Below are positions 56,408 through 64,000 of a stretch of DNA of 64,000 bases, piece after piece; the first letter of the stretch is position 1; each line of letters begins with the position of its first letter. The DNA is taken from positions 62,001 to 126,000 of IMG/VR virus record IMGVR_UViG_3300020380_000001. One strand, given 5' to 3'. The notes beneath the pieces are model-generated. The model saw only the letters and a list, made by a program, of their open reading frames with translations. It did no database searches and was not told where the DNA came from. Position numbers and translations under genes: made by a program.

Positions 56408-57112
56408 TTAGTAATCCTTGTGTTCGTCCCAAAGTTCAGGCAGGTCACCGCCCTCTCGCCACACGTCCTCCATCGTAATATTACGATAAGAAGCATGCTG
56501 TCGTGCTCTACGTCTGCGTGCAGGCGTTGCTTTGTTGTTGAATTTGTCTTTACAGTTGCCTGGCCCTTTATTAGAACAAAAGCGCTTGTTAGGGTGCGCA
56601 TCAGGCATTGGCTTTTTACAGCACGCACATTTAGGACCAGTGTACTGTTCCATACCATAACACACTAACCCAGTGCGCTTTTCATTACAGCGCGTCGACA
56701 TGCGTTGGTGTTCATGTAGTTGGGCTTTGTGTACCATTTTATGGCATGTGGTGCAACCAACTTTAGTTTGCTTCATTTGTCTGCGCAGGTCCAATTCAAG
56801 CTCGATCTCAGCGCTGACAAGCTCTAGCTCTTCGACTTTGGCAAGGTACTTGGTGTACTTTGGTCCTAGTGCGTCAGCTAAACCTTTCTCAGTACCCATG
56901 CAATCGTCATCGTGCGCTTGCCCTTCGGATACACAACAATGACAGAAAGTACAGTAAGAGTACATACGACCGGCATATTCAGATTCGTATGAGTCGTTGT
57001 GTTCGTGCATTTCGATAAGCTTTAATTCAGCTTTTGAGAACCCGCTGTGCGACGATTTGGTATCGCGCTCAAGTTGCTCTTTGCGTCGTTGCATATCAGC
57101 TAATGTAGTCAT
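56408..57112 (-). CDS. Cys/His-rich multi-zinc-finger hypothetical protein
   Basis: CTFCHCC, CTTC..H..H, CACC...FCS...C. Confidence 0.65.
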   Translation of the reverse strand: MTTLADMQRRKEQLERDTKSSHSGFSKAELKLIEMHEHNDSYESEYAGRMYSYCTFCHCCVSEGQAHDDDCMGTEKGLADALGPKYTKYLAKVEELELVSAEIELELDLRRQMKQTKVGCTTCHKMVHKAQLHEHQRMSTRCNEKRTGLVCYGMEQYTGPKCACCKKPMPDAHPNKRFCSNKGPGNCKDKFNNKATPARRRRARQHASYRNITMEDVWREGGDLPELWDEHKDY

Positions 57113-57132
57113 GGGATACCTCGCTAGGTAGA

Positions 57133-57348
57133 TTATGCGATTGAACGTTCAAGTTCAGATTCGTAACGAGCACACGCCAACGTGTAAGCTTGTTTACGGA
57201 ACTTGGCGTTCGCAATTTCTTCAAAACCGCTGATTTCGGCTTGCTCTTTTACCATGTAAAGCGGGCTGCCGTTTTTTAACATATCAACGATGTGGATAGC
57301 GCGTTTAAGGTTTTGCGTTTTAGCTTCTGTGAATTTTATAGTTTTCAT
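57133..57348 (-). CDS. early hypothetical protein
   Basis: ORF track; promoter upstream. Confidence 0.65.
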   Translation of the reverse strand: MKTIKFTEAKTQNLKRAIHIVDMLKNGSPLYMVKEQAEISGFEEIANAKFRKQAYTLACARYESELERSIA

Positions 57349-57401
57349 CTTCTAAACCTGTTTGAGTATCAACTAGGCGTTATTGCCTAACTTCTGTGTG
57401 T

Positions 57402-57429
57402 AGTATAATACCAAGGTAGGAGATGTAAA
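57402..57429 (-). promoter_or_regulatory. sigma70-type promoter TTTACA-16-TATACT
   Basis: Upstream of 57133-57348(-). Confidence 0.55.
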
Positions 57430-57433
57430 GGAT

Positions 57434-57697
57434 TTATTTGAACTTTTTATTTATTGAAAAGGCGTGTTGATAACTATCGACAAATTGTATAGATTTGGCT
57501 TCTGATACGTCGACAATTCCCATGTCTGTTAGCTGGAAAAGTCGCTCCACATCTTCGTGGTCAATCATCTCGGCGTATAATACATCAGTATCGAATTCCT
57601 TAAACAGGTTAATACTATGTACTAATAGCTTAACTGTCGGTAATTCTTTACCGCAAAATAGCAACTCTATTTTTATTAGCTCTGTATTAAAACACAT
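57434..57697 (-). CDS. hypothetical protein
   Basis: ORF track; TATAAATA late box upstream. Confidence 0.55.
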   Translation of the reverse strand: MCFNTELIKIELLFCGKELPTVKLLVHSINLFKEFDTDVLYAEMIDHEDVERLFQLTDMGIVDVSEAKSIQFVDSYQHAFSINKKFK

Positions 57698-57738
57698 ATT
57701 ACCGCCCTCTGTAGTATGCCTTAAGTCTATACACGTAC

Positions 57739-57746
57739 TATTTATA
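57739..57746 (-). promoter_or_regulatory. T4 late promoter consensus TATAAATA
   Basis: Exact T4 gp55 consensus upstream of ORF 57434-57697(-). Confidence 0.5.
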
Positions 57747-57793
57747 TGTCAATAAATTTAAAACTGGTTTTTTAAAAAAGTAGAAAATAAGTC

Positions 57794-57821
57794 TTGACAT
57801 TCAATCTTAATGCCGTAATAT
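57794..57821 (+). promoter_or_regulatory. sigma70-type promoter TTGACA-16-TAATAT
   Basis: A/T-rich UP element; upstream of 57861. Confidence 0.6.
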
Positions 57822-57860
57822 CGCTGTGAAAGTTGAACACCTAACAAACAAAAGGAGAGT

Positions 57861-58652
57861 ATGATGTCAACACTTTCAAAAGCTATCCCGGCAACTGATG
57901 CAGCGTTCTTGGATCGTTGGAAGTCTAATCCGGTTACTGTCACTGTTACCTTAACGAAGGGCTGGGGCGGGGTTAGAGATTCAAAATCAACGCTTGATAT
58001 CGTTGTTCCTGAATCCGTACAGAAATACTTTAACGAAACTGTTATTGTAAAATGGCAGCGCTGTGGGCGCTTACTTATCCTACGTGACTGTGGCGGGCTA
58101 TGGTTGCGCCGTGCTGAAAACGTAGGTGATCAGTGTTTCGGTGTTAGTTTGTCGTATTACTTATACGGTTTCAAACACTTGCGACGCTCTGCTGCCTATA
58201 AGGCGTTCAGTGTAGATTATACGCTACCGTCGTTTTCGACTAAGCGCATGATTGAAATGACTGAGTCAAGAATCAAATGGCAGCCTGACATTGCGCATGA
58301 CCGAATCCAACGCTTTCCTGAACAGCAAATTGAAAGCGAGGAGGATCCGCTCTCGTGCATAGGTAAAGGAATATTCTTCCACGAAATGGAAAGCAAGAAG
58401 CACGGCTGGGTTTCATCACCGTACAGCGAAGAAACGACACCGGTTACTAAAGTACCAACAACGCACAACATGCCGAAGCGCGATAATGACGTCATGATTG
58501 CAGTGTACACCGACGAAGCGGATGAGCCTGAAGAACGACTTGGCGATCTCGAAAATGCGATGGTTGACATGGTTGAATCCAACGACACTGTAACAATACG
58601 CGGCATTGAGTTCAGTATTACTGACGCACGTAAACTACTAGGCATCGCGTAA
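57861..58652 (+). CDS. early hypothetical protein
   Basis: TTGACA promoter; AAGGAG RBS. Confidence 0.7.
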   Translation: MMSTLSKAIPATDAAFLDRWKSNPVTVTVTLTKGWGGVRDSKSTLDIVVPESVQKYFNETVIVKWQRCGRLLILRDCGGLWLRRAENVGDQCFGVSLSYYLYGFKHLRRSAAYKAFSVDYTLPSFSTKRMIEMTESRIKWQPDIAHDRIQRFPEQQIESEEDPLSCIGKGIFFHEMESKKHGWVSSPYSEETTPVTKVPTTHNMPKRDNDVMIAVYTDEADEPEERLGDLENAMVDMVESNDTVTIRGIEFSITDARKLLGIA

Positions 58653-59023
58653 TGGATGCCGCTAACACTAAGAAAAATAGCGCTCAGGGCCTTGTGGTCC
58701 TTGGCGCTTACACAGCGGCAATATGGTCAATTGGCCAGTCGCTATTGGGTGCCGTTGTGCATGATGGTGACTGGGTAAACATAGCTCTTTATGCTGCGAT
58801 GATGGCCGTAGCCGCTTTTTCTGTAGATAAGCGCATGCTATTTGATCACTTAGTTGTTAGCGCTGTGGGACTCGTGTATATGGTCGCTATTAGCTTCACA
58901 AGCTTTGACATTTTCGTTGAATACAGTTTCCTGTATAGTGTGTTGTATGTTTTCTGGCTGGTAACCGGACTATTACACTTTGGGCTACTTGTGCAGAACC
59001 ATAATATTTCTACTAATGAATAG
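58652..59023 (+). CDS. 4-TM membrane protein
   Basis: Hydrophobic helices; TAATG overlap. Confidence 0.7.
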   Translation: MDAANTKKNSAQGLVVLGAYTAAIWSIGQSLLGAVVHDGDWVNIALYAAMMAVAAFSVDKRMLFDHLVVSAVGLVYMVAISFTSFDIFVEYSFLYSVLYVFWLVTGLLHFGLLVQNHNISTNE

Positions 59024-59042
59024 GGGCTATACTGCCCCTATT
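59019..59042. terminator. bidirectional hairpin at a convergent gene junction
   Basis: AATAGGGGC-TATACT-GCCCCTATT spanning both stop codons. Confidence 0.65.
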
Positions 59043-59683
59043 ACCATAAAACGTCTATAAATCCCTAAGTCGAGATTGCCTAAATACTCGATCTCTGTTA
59101 AGCTGCTTTTTTCGGATAACTCGTCTCTGCTGTTTACGCAATTTATATGCCCGTCAATGTCATGTGCGTCGTTATTCTGTAGAATAACCGTAGTTCCCTT
59201 TTCCAACATACTCACCCAAGCTGGTATGTCAGCTATATGCTCGGATGAAGTATTAATAACTATATCGTAGCCAGAATAGTCGAAGTCGTACATATCACCT
59301 GTTACGGCGTCTAAGTTATCGACTTGGTAATTCATAGCGTCAGCGAACGTCTTGCAGCGTGGATCAATATCCAGCATTGTTACGAACGCATGTGGCATCA
59401 CTTCTTTAATCATAGCACCCAACAATCCAAACCATGAGCCCACGATTAGTATAGTGGGCTGCTGGTAAAAAGGCGCTACACGATCAAGAACCCAGAGCTT
59501 ACTAACTATCTGGCCGCGACTAAACATATCGCGCACTTCGTCAGGCCTAGGCTGTAGTTCCGGATCAGTGCCGTATTGTGCACCGGTAAAGCGTATCATT
59601 AACCCGGGGTTAATAGCCTTTTGCCATGTATGTACTAGATAATCAATCGACGGTGTGCGTGTGTTGGGCTTAATGAATCTCAT
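59027..59683 (-). CDS. class I SAM-dependent methyltransferase
   Basis: Motif I variant ILIVGSWFG, LDIDP, GDMY, IVINTSSEH. Confidence 0.8.
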   Translation of the reverse strand: MRFIKPNTRTPSIDYLVHTWQKAINPGLMIRFTGAQYGTDPELQPRPDEVRDMFSRGQIVSKLWVLDRVAPFYQQPTILIVGSWFGLLGAMIKEVMPHAFVTMLDIDPRCKTFADAMNYQVDNLDAVTGDMYDFDYSGYDIVINTSSEHIADIPAWVSMLEKGTTVILQNNDAHDIDGHINCVNSRDELSEKSSLTEIEYLGNLDLGIYRRFMVIGAV

Positions 59684-60666
59684 GATAAATCCTTAATAAG
59701 GCGGTGTGTCGCTTCCTCCGTTGCAGTGTGTGCCAAATTTGGAATATAAGGCGCAGTTGCCACGTAAAAGCTGCTACTCTGTGCGTCTAGTAAATGGAAG
59801 TTGAGTGAGACCTCTGCTCGAATAAGTTCGCCTAACTCTTCGCACCATTCCCGCGCAAGGTTTTCAGAAAATTCCAATGAACAGAATTCACTTTTAGGCA
59901 TAGCGATCCTTGGCACAACTTCCTTTTCCCATAACTCGTGGTTAAGGTAAGTAAAGTCACGTACTTGGATAAAGTCCCAGTCAGTTGCTATCGTCTTATA
60001 GAAACCAAGTCGTGCGCCCAGTATAGCGAATATACCGTTATCTACGTGTTGCCCAACTGACATCCATACACATAAGCGTCTTATGTTTCCGTGCCATACT
60101 TGGGATAAGAATTTAGAAGGGTGAACCTTTTCACCACGGTCCAGTGCGAGTTTGCATCCCTCACGGAACCCTGCTCTAAATGCCATACGCGGGCTTGCGT
60201 TTTGGTATGTACGGCAATAAGCGTTAGTCATTTGCACGTAACGGTCTTCCCAACAAAAATCAACCTTAGCTCTTGGGTCGGTCGCATTTTCGTGGGTTTT
60301 CATATCCTTTACGTACTGTGTTGGCCAGCATTTAAGACCACCGTTGCCGTACTGTAAACCGTTTATTTCGTTTACTGCTGCCCACGACAGCACCTTGTCT
60401 TTAAAACGCGCAGATTCGAAGTCATAAACCATATCAAAGAATTTTTCATCGACACGGTTATCGGCGTCTACTGTGATAAATCGTTCAGCGTCACCTACTG
60501 TTTCGGCTGCTGCCTTGTGCGCATTGTCAGAACCCTCAACCCCATGCACGCGGGTAGCCCATGGCACAAGGTTGAGTAAATGATGGAAGTTTTCGTCTGC
60601 GTTTTCTTCGTCGTATGACATGAATACGACTGGAAACTCACTCAGTCGTGTCTTTGATGAATTCAT
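59680..60666 (-). CDS. GT-A-like glycosyltransferase
   Basis: VVFMSYDE N-strand; DxD motif in ITVDADN; AFRAGFREG. Confidence 0.7.
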   Translation of the reverse strand: MNSSKTRLSEFPVVFMSYDEENADENFHHLLNLVPWATRVHGVEGSDNAHKAAAETVGDAERFITVDADNRVDEKFFDMVYDFESARFKDKVLSWAAVNEINGLQYGNGGLKCWPTQYVKDMKTHENATDPRAKVDFCWEDRYVQMTNAYCRTYQNASPRMAFRAGFREGCKLALDRGEKVHPSKFLSQVWHGNIRRLCVWMSVGQHVDNGIFAILGARLGFYKTIATDWDFIQVRDFTYLNHELWEKEVVPRIAMPKSEFCSLEFSENLAREWCEELGELIRAEVSLNFHLLDAQSSSFYVATAPYIPNLAHTATEEATHRLIKDLS

Positions 60667-61147
60667 ATGTTAGTGTTCCTCGGTCGCCTAAAAGCACTGG
60701 TTCACAGTACTCATTCATATAAGGCATATCTGTTTCGTGGTATTTACTAACAAGAATATCTCGGTTAATAGAAATTGTGCCAATTACGTATACAGGGTAA
60801 CGTCTGTCCCTGAAGTAAATGGTAGTGCCTATGTCTACTGCGCCAGCGACAGTAACTGATACGGTTGTGCCCTTCACAGACACTCGCAGGTCTTCGTTAC
60901 CGTTATTTGTAGGAAAAGACAACCAAGGTGTAGTTGGCCTTGATTGGCGCTTGACAACGGGTTCTATGGTAGGTTCAGCACGGCTAAGATCAACATAGAA
61001 ATTTCTAAGGTCAACCTCGCCGCTATGTACTTTAGACATGTACTCTTCATCTACCACGATATACGGCAAGTCGAGTGCTTCGACAGTACCCGGGCTAGTG
61101 CCTCTGATCTTACCAGTTGTTGATTCGTAATAAATGTTGTAGTGCAT
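60638..61147 (-). CDS. hypothetical protein
   Basis: ORF track; part of the minus-strand operon. Confidence 0.65.
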   Translation of the reverse strand: MHYNIYYESTTGKIRGTSPGTVEALDLPYIVVDEEYMSKVHSGEVDLRNFYVDLSRAEPTIEPVVKRQSRPTTPWLSFPTNNGNEDLRVSVKGTTVSVTVAGAVDIGTTIYFRDRRYPVYVIGTISINRDILVSKYHETDMPYMNEYCEPVLLGDRGTLTYEFIKDTTE

Positions 61148-61962
61148 TACTTAAACCACTTTTCTGCTTCTGTGATGTCAAAAATAGGATTCCTGCCGTA
61201 ATGTAACGGCGCATTAAACGAAAAGTCGTTGATTGTGTAATCGTCTTCATTCAAACAGATGCGGTTACACTGATTCAAGTCCTTTGCGTCGATATAATCC
61301 ATAGGTCCGTTGTGACTTACTAAGGGATGATTGTCAAGCCCGCTTGCACGCAATGCAAGTGATAGAGATGTGGCGATATGCAACTCGTCAGGACGAGATT
61401 GTACCTTTAATTCAGCACGGTATGCGTCTTCGTGATCATGCATGTATTGTCTAAACAAGTCAAAGAACTCGAACACTTCTTTATTCTTGGTAAAGTACAT
61501 CATATCCTTGCATACGGGTACAAGACCGTTATCGCGCATAGGCACAAACTCAGGCGCTATTTGTTGTGGCTCGTTTAACTTAATTGGTGTAGACAATATG
61601 CAATTGTCTAGTGCTGCCCAGTCAGAATCCAAATCAGTAGTTGGTGTGACTAGCACATCAGCTGACAAGAAAATGGTTTTATCGTACGGGGTGGCATGCA
61701 CTGCTTTCGGATAGTTAAGGATCCTAGGCAAGCTTCTAACACTGCTGTCATCGCCCCACGGTGCCGCAATTACTTGATCAAAAGCATCGCGGTATTCTTC
61801 TTTAATGGTACCATCACCTGTGATAACAGATACTGAGCGGTACTTGTTGCTCGTAACTGATATGCTTTTTGCTAAAAGCCAAGCACGGTACTCATAATCT
61901 ACGATCACGTTGCCGTTCTCGTCCTCAAGATTTTGAGCGATAACCAAAAAACCCCTGTTCAT
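61147..61962 (-). CDS. GT8-like glycosyltransferase (DxD degenerate to SAD)
   Basis: LLAKSI, TPYDKTIFLSADVL, LHYG. Confidence 0.6.
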   Translation of the reverse strand: MNRGFLVIAQNLEDENGNVIVDYEYRAWLLAKSISVTSNKYRSVSVITGDGTIKEEYRDAFDQVIAAPWGDDSSVRSLPRILNYPKAVHATPYDKTIFLSADVLVTPTTDLDSDWAALDNCILSTPIKLNEPQQIAPEFVPMRDNGLVPVCKDMMYFTKNKEVFEFFDLFRQYMHDHEDAYRAELKVQSRPDELHIATSLSLALRASGLDNHPLVSHNGPMDYIDAKDLNQCNRICLNEDDYTINDFSFNAPLHYGRNPIFDITEAEKWFK

Positions 61963-61973
61963 CTTTTAATCCT

Positions 61974-62660
61974 TCATAATATTTTACTGTGTGGATCTTC
62001 AATTACAAAGTCTGACAGTATTTTGTTGATGATAACGTCGTCATCATCTTCCGTTACTAACGCAAAGTCTGAACCAATGCTACTAATAGTAGCGCCTGGC
62101 TCAATAACTGAAACATCACCTGCGTTAATAAAGCTAGGCGACATCTTGAACTCGTCCCATAGAACACTAACTGCGCCACTAAAGTCGGAAACCGTCTTTG
62201 GTATTTTAAAGGCACGCCTAATGTACTCGTAATTATTGCATATAGAGAAAAACGTTAGCGCTATTGACGTGTCAATATCGAGTGGCGTTTCTCCCTCGCG
62301 GTACTTGAGAATGATACATTCACCGTGTACTCGTCTTAAGTAGGTAGCCGGTACAGTGTCTTTACCGTTTACGTCGTCTACCCATACTGCGCCTGATACG
62401 TCGGTGTCCCGTACGAACCTAGCAGTGTCTTCTACCACTCTAGATTGCGGTATAAAATTAGTTGTAGCGACTACGCACGTTTTCTGAGCGCCGTGCTCGA
62501 CTACACTTTCTGTTATTTTGCGTGTGTCGGTCGCCCTTACCGTAACTATGTTGTCAGCTAGCTCTGGCATATGTTTTTGCCATTGTGCTTCAACTAAAGC
62601 AGACCTTACATTGTCGCCTTTGGGCGACATGTCTAGTAACACTAAAACAACATTATTCAT
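61974..62660 (-). CDS. hypothetical protein, possibly a degenerate GT-A fold
   Basis: Operon context; hydrophobic N-strand; no intact DxD. Confidence 0.45.
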   Translation of the reverse strand: MNNVVLVLLDMSPKGDNVRSALVEAQWQKHMPELADNIVTVRATDTRKITESVVEHGAQKTCVVATTNFIPQSRVVEDTARFVRDTDVSGAVWVDDVNGKDTVPATYLRRVHGECIILKYREGETPLDIDTSIALTFFSICNNYEYIRRAFKIPKTVSDFSGAVSVLWDEFKMSPSFINAGDVSVIEPGATISSIGSDFALVTEDDDDVIINKILSDFVIEDPHSKIL

Positions 62661-63001
62661 TTTTTATAAATATCCTCAACTGATTTGGACGATATTACGC
62701 GGTTATAAGCCACGGTATATGCGTTAACAGCCTCACGCTCCTTAGCTATCAAACGCTTGAAGAAGTCTTCGGAATTATGTATCTCAACTGGACGCTGATG
62801 ATCATCTAAAATAGTGTATGTTTTGTTGCCCAAGTCGTGCATGGCCTTCGCATAACAAATCAACTCCCTGGTAGCTGCGAAGCATCCGCTCCCGTAATAC
62901 AACACACGATCGCGTTCTACTACTTTTTGTAGCTGACGAATTTGCTGATTGGCTGACTTCCGTAAATTGGCCTGTTTGAGTAATGTACCTAGCTTATCCA
63001 T
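62657..63001 (-). CDS. hypothetical protein
   Basis: ORF track; AAGGT RBS. Confidence 0.65.
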   Translation of the reverse strand: MDKLGTLLKQANLRKSANQQIRQLQKVVERDRVLYYGSGCFAATRELICYAKAMHDLGNKTYTILDDHQRPVEIHNSEDFFKRLIAKEREAVNAYTVAYNRVISSKSVEDIYKK

Positions 63002-63077
63002 ACCTTTAACCTCGTCTATATACTAAAGTATACTTTTATTTATTGTTCGCTAAATCACCTGCTTAAAACTTTTTGTG

Positions 63078-63084
63078 CTAAATA
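63078..63084 (+). promoter_or_regulatory. T4-like late promoter box CTAAATA
   Basis: Intergenic, before 63116. Confidence 0.6.
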
Positions 63085-63115
63085 CCAATAAACCAAAATC
63101 GTGAGGTAATACAAA

Positions 63116-63682
63116 ATGGGTAGACCAGTTAAATCTACATACTTCGGAAAACCTACCGGCAAACAGGCACAGATTGCATATACCGTGTCTAATTCTGGTA
63201 AGATACAGCCAATCATTAAAGAAGCTGGCGAAGGCTATAATAGCAAATTTAAGCTAGAATTAAAAGCTAAAGATGAAGAAGGCGAAGACGTATTGGCAGA
63301 ACTTTCTGTTTCTGTTAAAGACGGCGCAGTGTCTGAAGTATCTGTAGCGCAAACAGGTGAGTTTCCTGCCAACAAGAAACACACTGCACTAGACGGTATC
63401 CCTGCACCTGTTTCTGGTGGCGGTGTTATTGTTGGCAAGGGCGTTATTGACGAAAAGATCGGCGTTGAGGATGTGTTCATCATCAAACAACGTGGCCAGC
63501 GCAAATATGCAATTGGCGCAGTAGCAGACGAAACCCGCACCGGAGTTGGTAGCCTTGTAGAAAAAGCTGAGTCACTTGGCGACTTTGAAGTATCTGCAGG
63601 TGACGCAAAAGTGCATACAATCCAACAGTATCAAGTAAAGACTTTCGGTGGTGAAATCAAACCAATTTCCGATATACTTTAA
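63116..63682 (+). CDS. probable late structural protein (MGRPVKSTYFG N-terminus)
   Basis: CTAAATA late box at 63078; GAGGT RBS. Confidence 0.55.
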   Translation: MGRPVKSTYFGKPTGKQAQIAYTVSNSGKIQPIIKEAGEGYNSKFKLELKAKDEEGEDVLAELSVSVKDGAVSEVSVAQTGEFPANKKHTALDGIPAPVSGGGVIVGKGVIDEKIGVEDVFIIKQRGQRKYAIGAVADETRTGVGSLVEKAESLGDFEVSAGDAKVHTIQQYQVKTFGGEIKPISDIL

Positions 63683-63693
63683 TTGACAAAGTT

Positions 63694-63745
63694 TGCAAGA
63701 TCTGTTATCGTATTGGTAATCATAATAACGATAATGGATCTTGCA
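63694..63745 (+). promoter_or_regulatory. long imperfect inverted repeat overlapping a TTGACA-17-TATCGT promoter and ending on the A of the next start codon
   Basis: TGCAAGATCTGTTATCGT pairs with ACGATAATGGATCTTGCA (18 bp, two G-U). Confidence 0.6.
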
Positions 63746-64000
63746 TGGAAACCTTTATAGATGTTGTACTCCAAGCCTTAGTGGCACTCGCTGCTATTGG
63801 CGTCTCAGACGGCGCACGTAGGAAGATGTATGCCTGCGCACGTGACATAGAAACAGACGACCCCAAATTTAACGATGCGTATCGTGAGTTTCTAGACTAT
63901 AACAAAGGCATTGTGTCGCGTGACACACTTATCATATTCGTCGCTGCAATAGTCGCTATCCAATTTATTGGCATGGTGCCTACCTCTTGTGTTATTGTTG
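63745..64000 (+). CDS. membrane protein, truncated by the window end (METFIDVVLQALVALAAIG...)
   Basis: Translated by hand; open to the window end; two hydrophobic stretches. Confidence 0.55.
   Translation, partial: METFIDVVLQALVALAAIGVSDGARRKMYACARDIETDDPKFNDAYREFLDYNKGIVSRDTLIIFVAAIVAIQFIGMVPTSCVIV

Noticed and set aside
472-62727. Many short antisense or nested ORFs in the track (e.g. 472-834, 1585-1938, 5779-6084, 40960-41457, 58217-58645)
   Set aside because: They lie opposite or inside well-supported genes, lack RBS or motifs, and look like shadow frames
1-64000. Alternative genetic code (TAG/TGA recoding), as in some jumbo phages
   Set aside because: Core genes (nrdA, nrdB, thyA, folE, rIIA/B, nadV) are full length in the standard code, coding density is high, and TAA, TGA and TAG all act as stops at gene junctions
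1-64000. tRNA, rRNA or CRISPR array
   Set aside because: Intergenic gaps are short, and no cloverleaf, T-loop motif or regularly spaced repeats were seen

Overview
The window is a 64 kb segment of a large, T4-related (jumbo-type) dsDNA phage genome in the standard genetic code. It is densely coding, mostly on the + strand. Evidence: rIIA/rIIB, class Ia nrdA/nrdB, thyA, T4-like late-promoter boxes (variant C/T-TAAATA) and sigma70-type early promoters. A marine gammaproteobacterial host is an inference from the two-domain QueD type and from surface-protein-like domains. Layout: (1) 0.1-11.9 kb, late-promoter block of probable head and virion proteins, including an RNA-ligase-like enzyme and a Pol-beta-type nucleotidyltransferase. 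(2) nrdA, a degenerate Hef-like homing endonuclease and nrdB. (3) Four tandem paralogs with LH(R/N)xxGPA repeats. (4) rIIA-rIIB-thyA. (5) A 7-deazaguanine-type cluster: folE, a two-domain QueD, a DpdL-like T-fold protein translationally coupled to a GT-B glycosyltransferase, and a restriction-like nuclease nearby. (6) An NAD salvage pair (NadM-Nudix plus NAMPT). (7) Many small early and membrane ORFs. (8) Three tandem genes with a shared N-terminal module and swapped C-terminal domains. (9) A minus-strand operon of glycosyltransferase-like genes and a methyltransferase. The strongest candidate for an undescribed system is the DpdL-like/glycosyltransferase pair, which suggests a glycosylated 7-deazaguanine (or pterin) product. 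All family assignments come from motif recognition by eye; no database searches were run. No tRNA, CRISPR array or integrase was seen.
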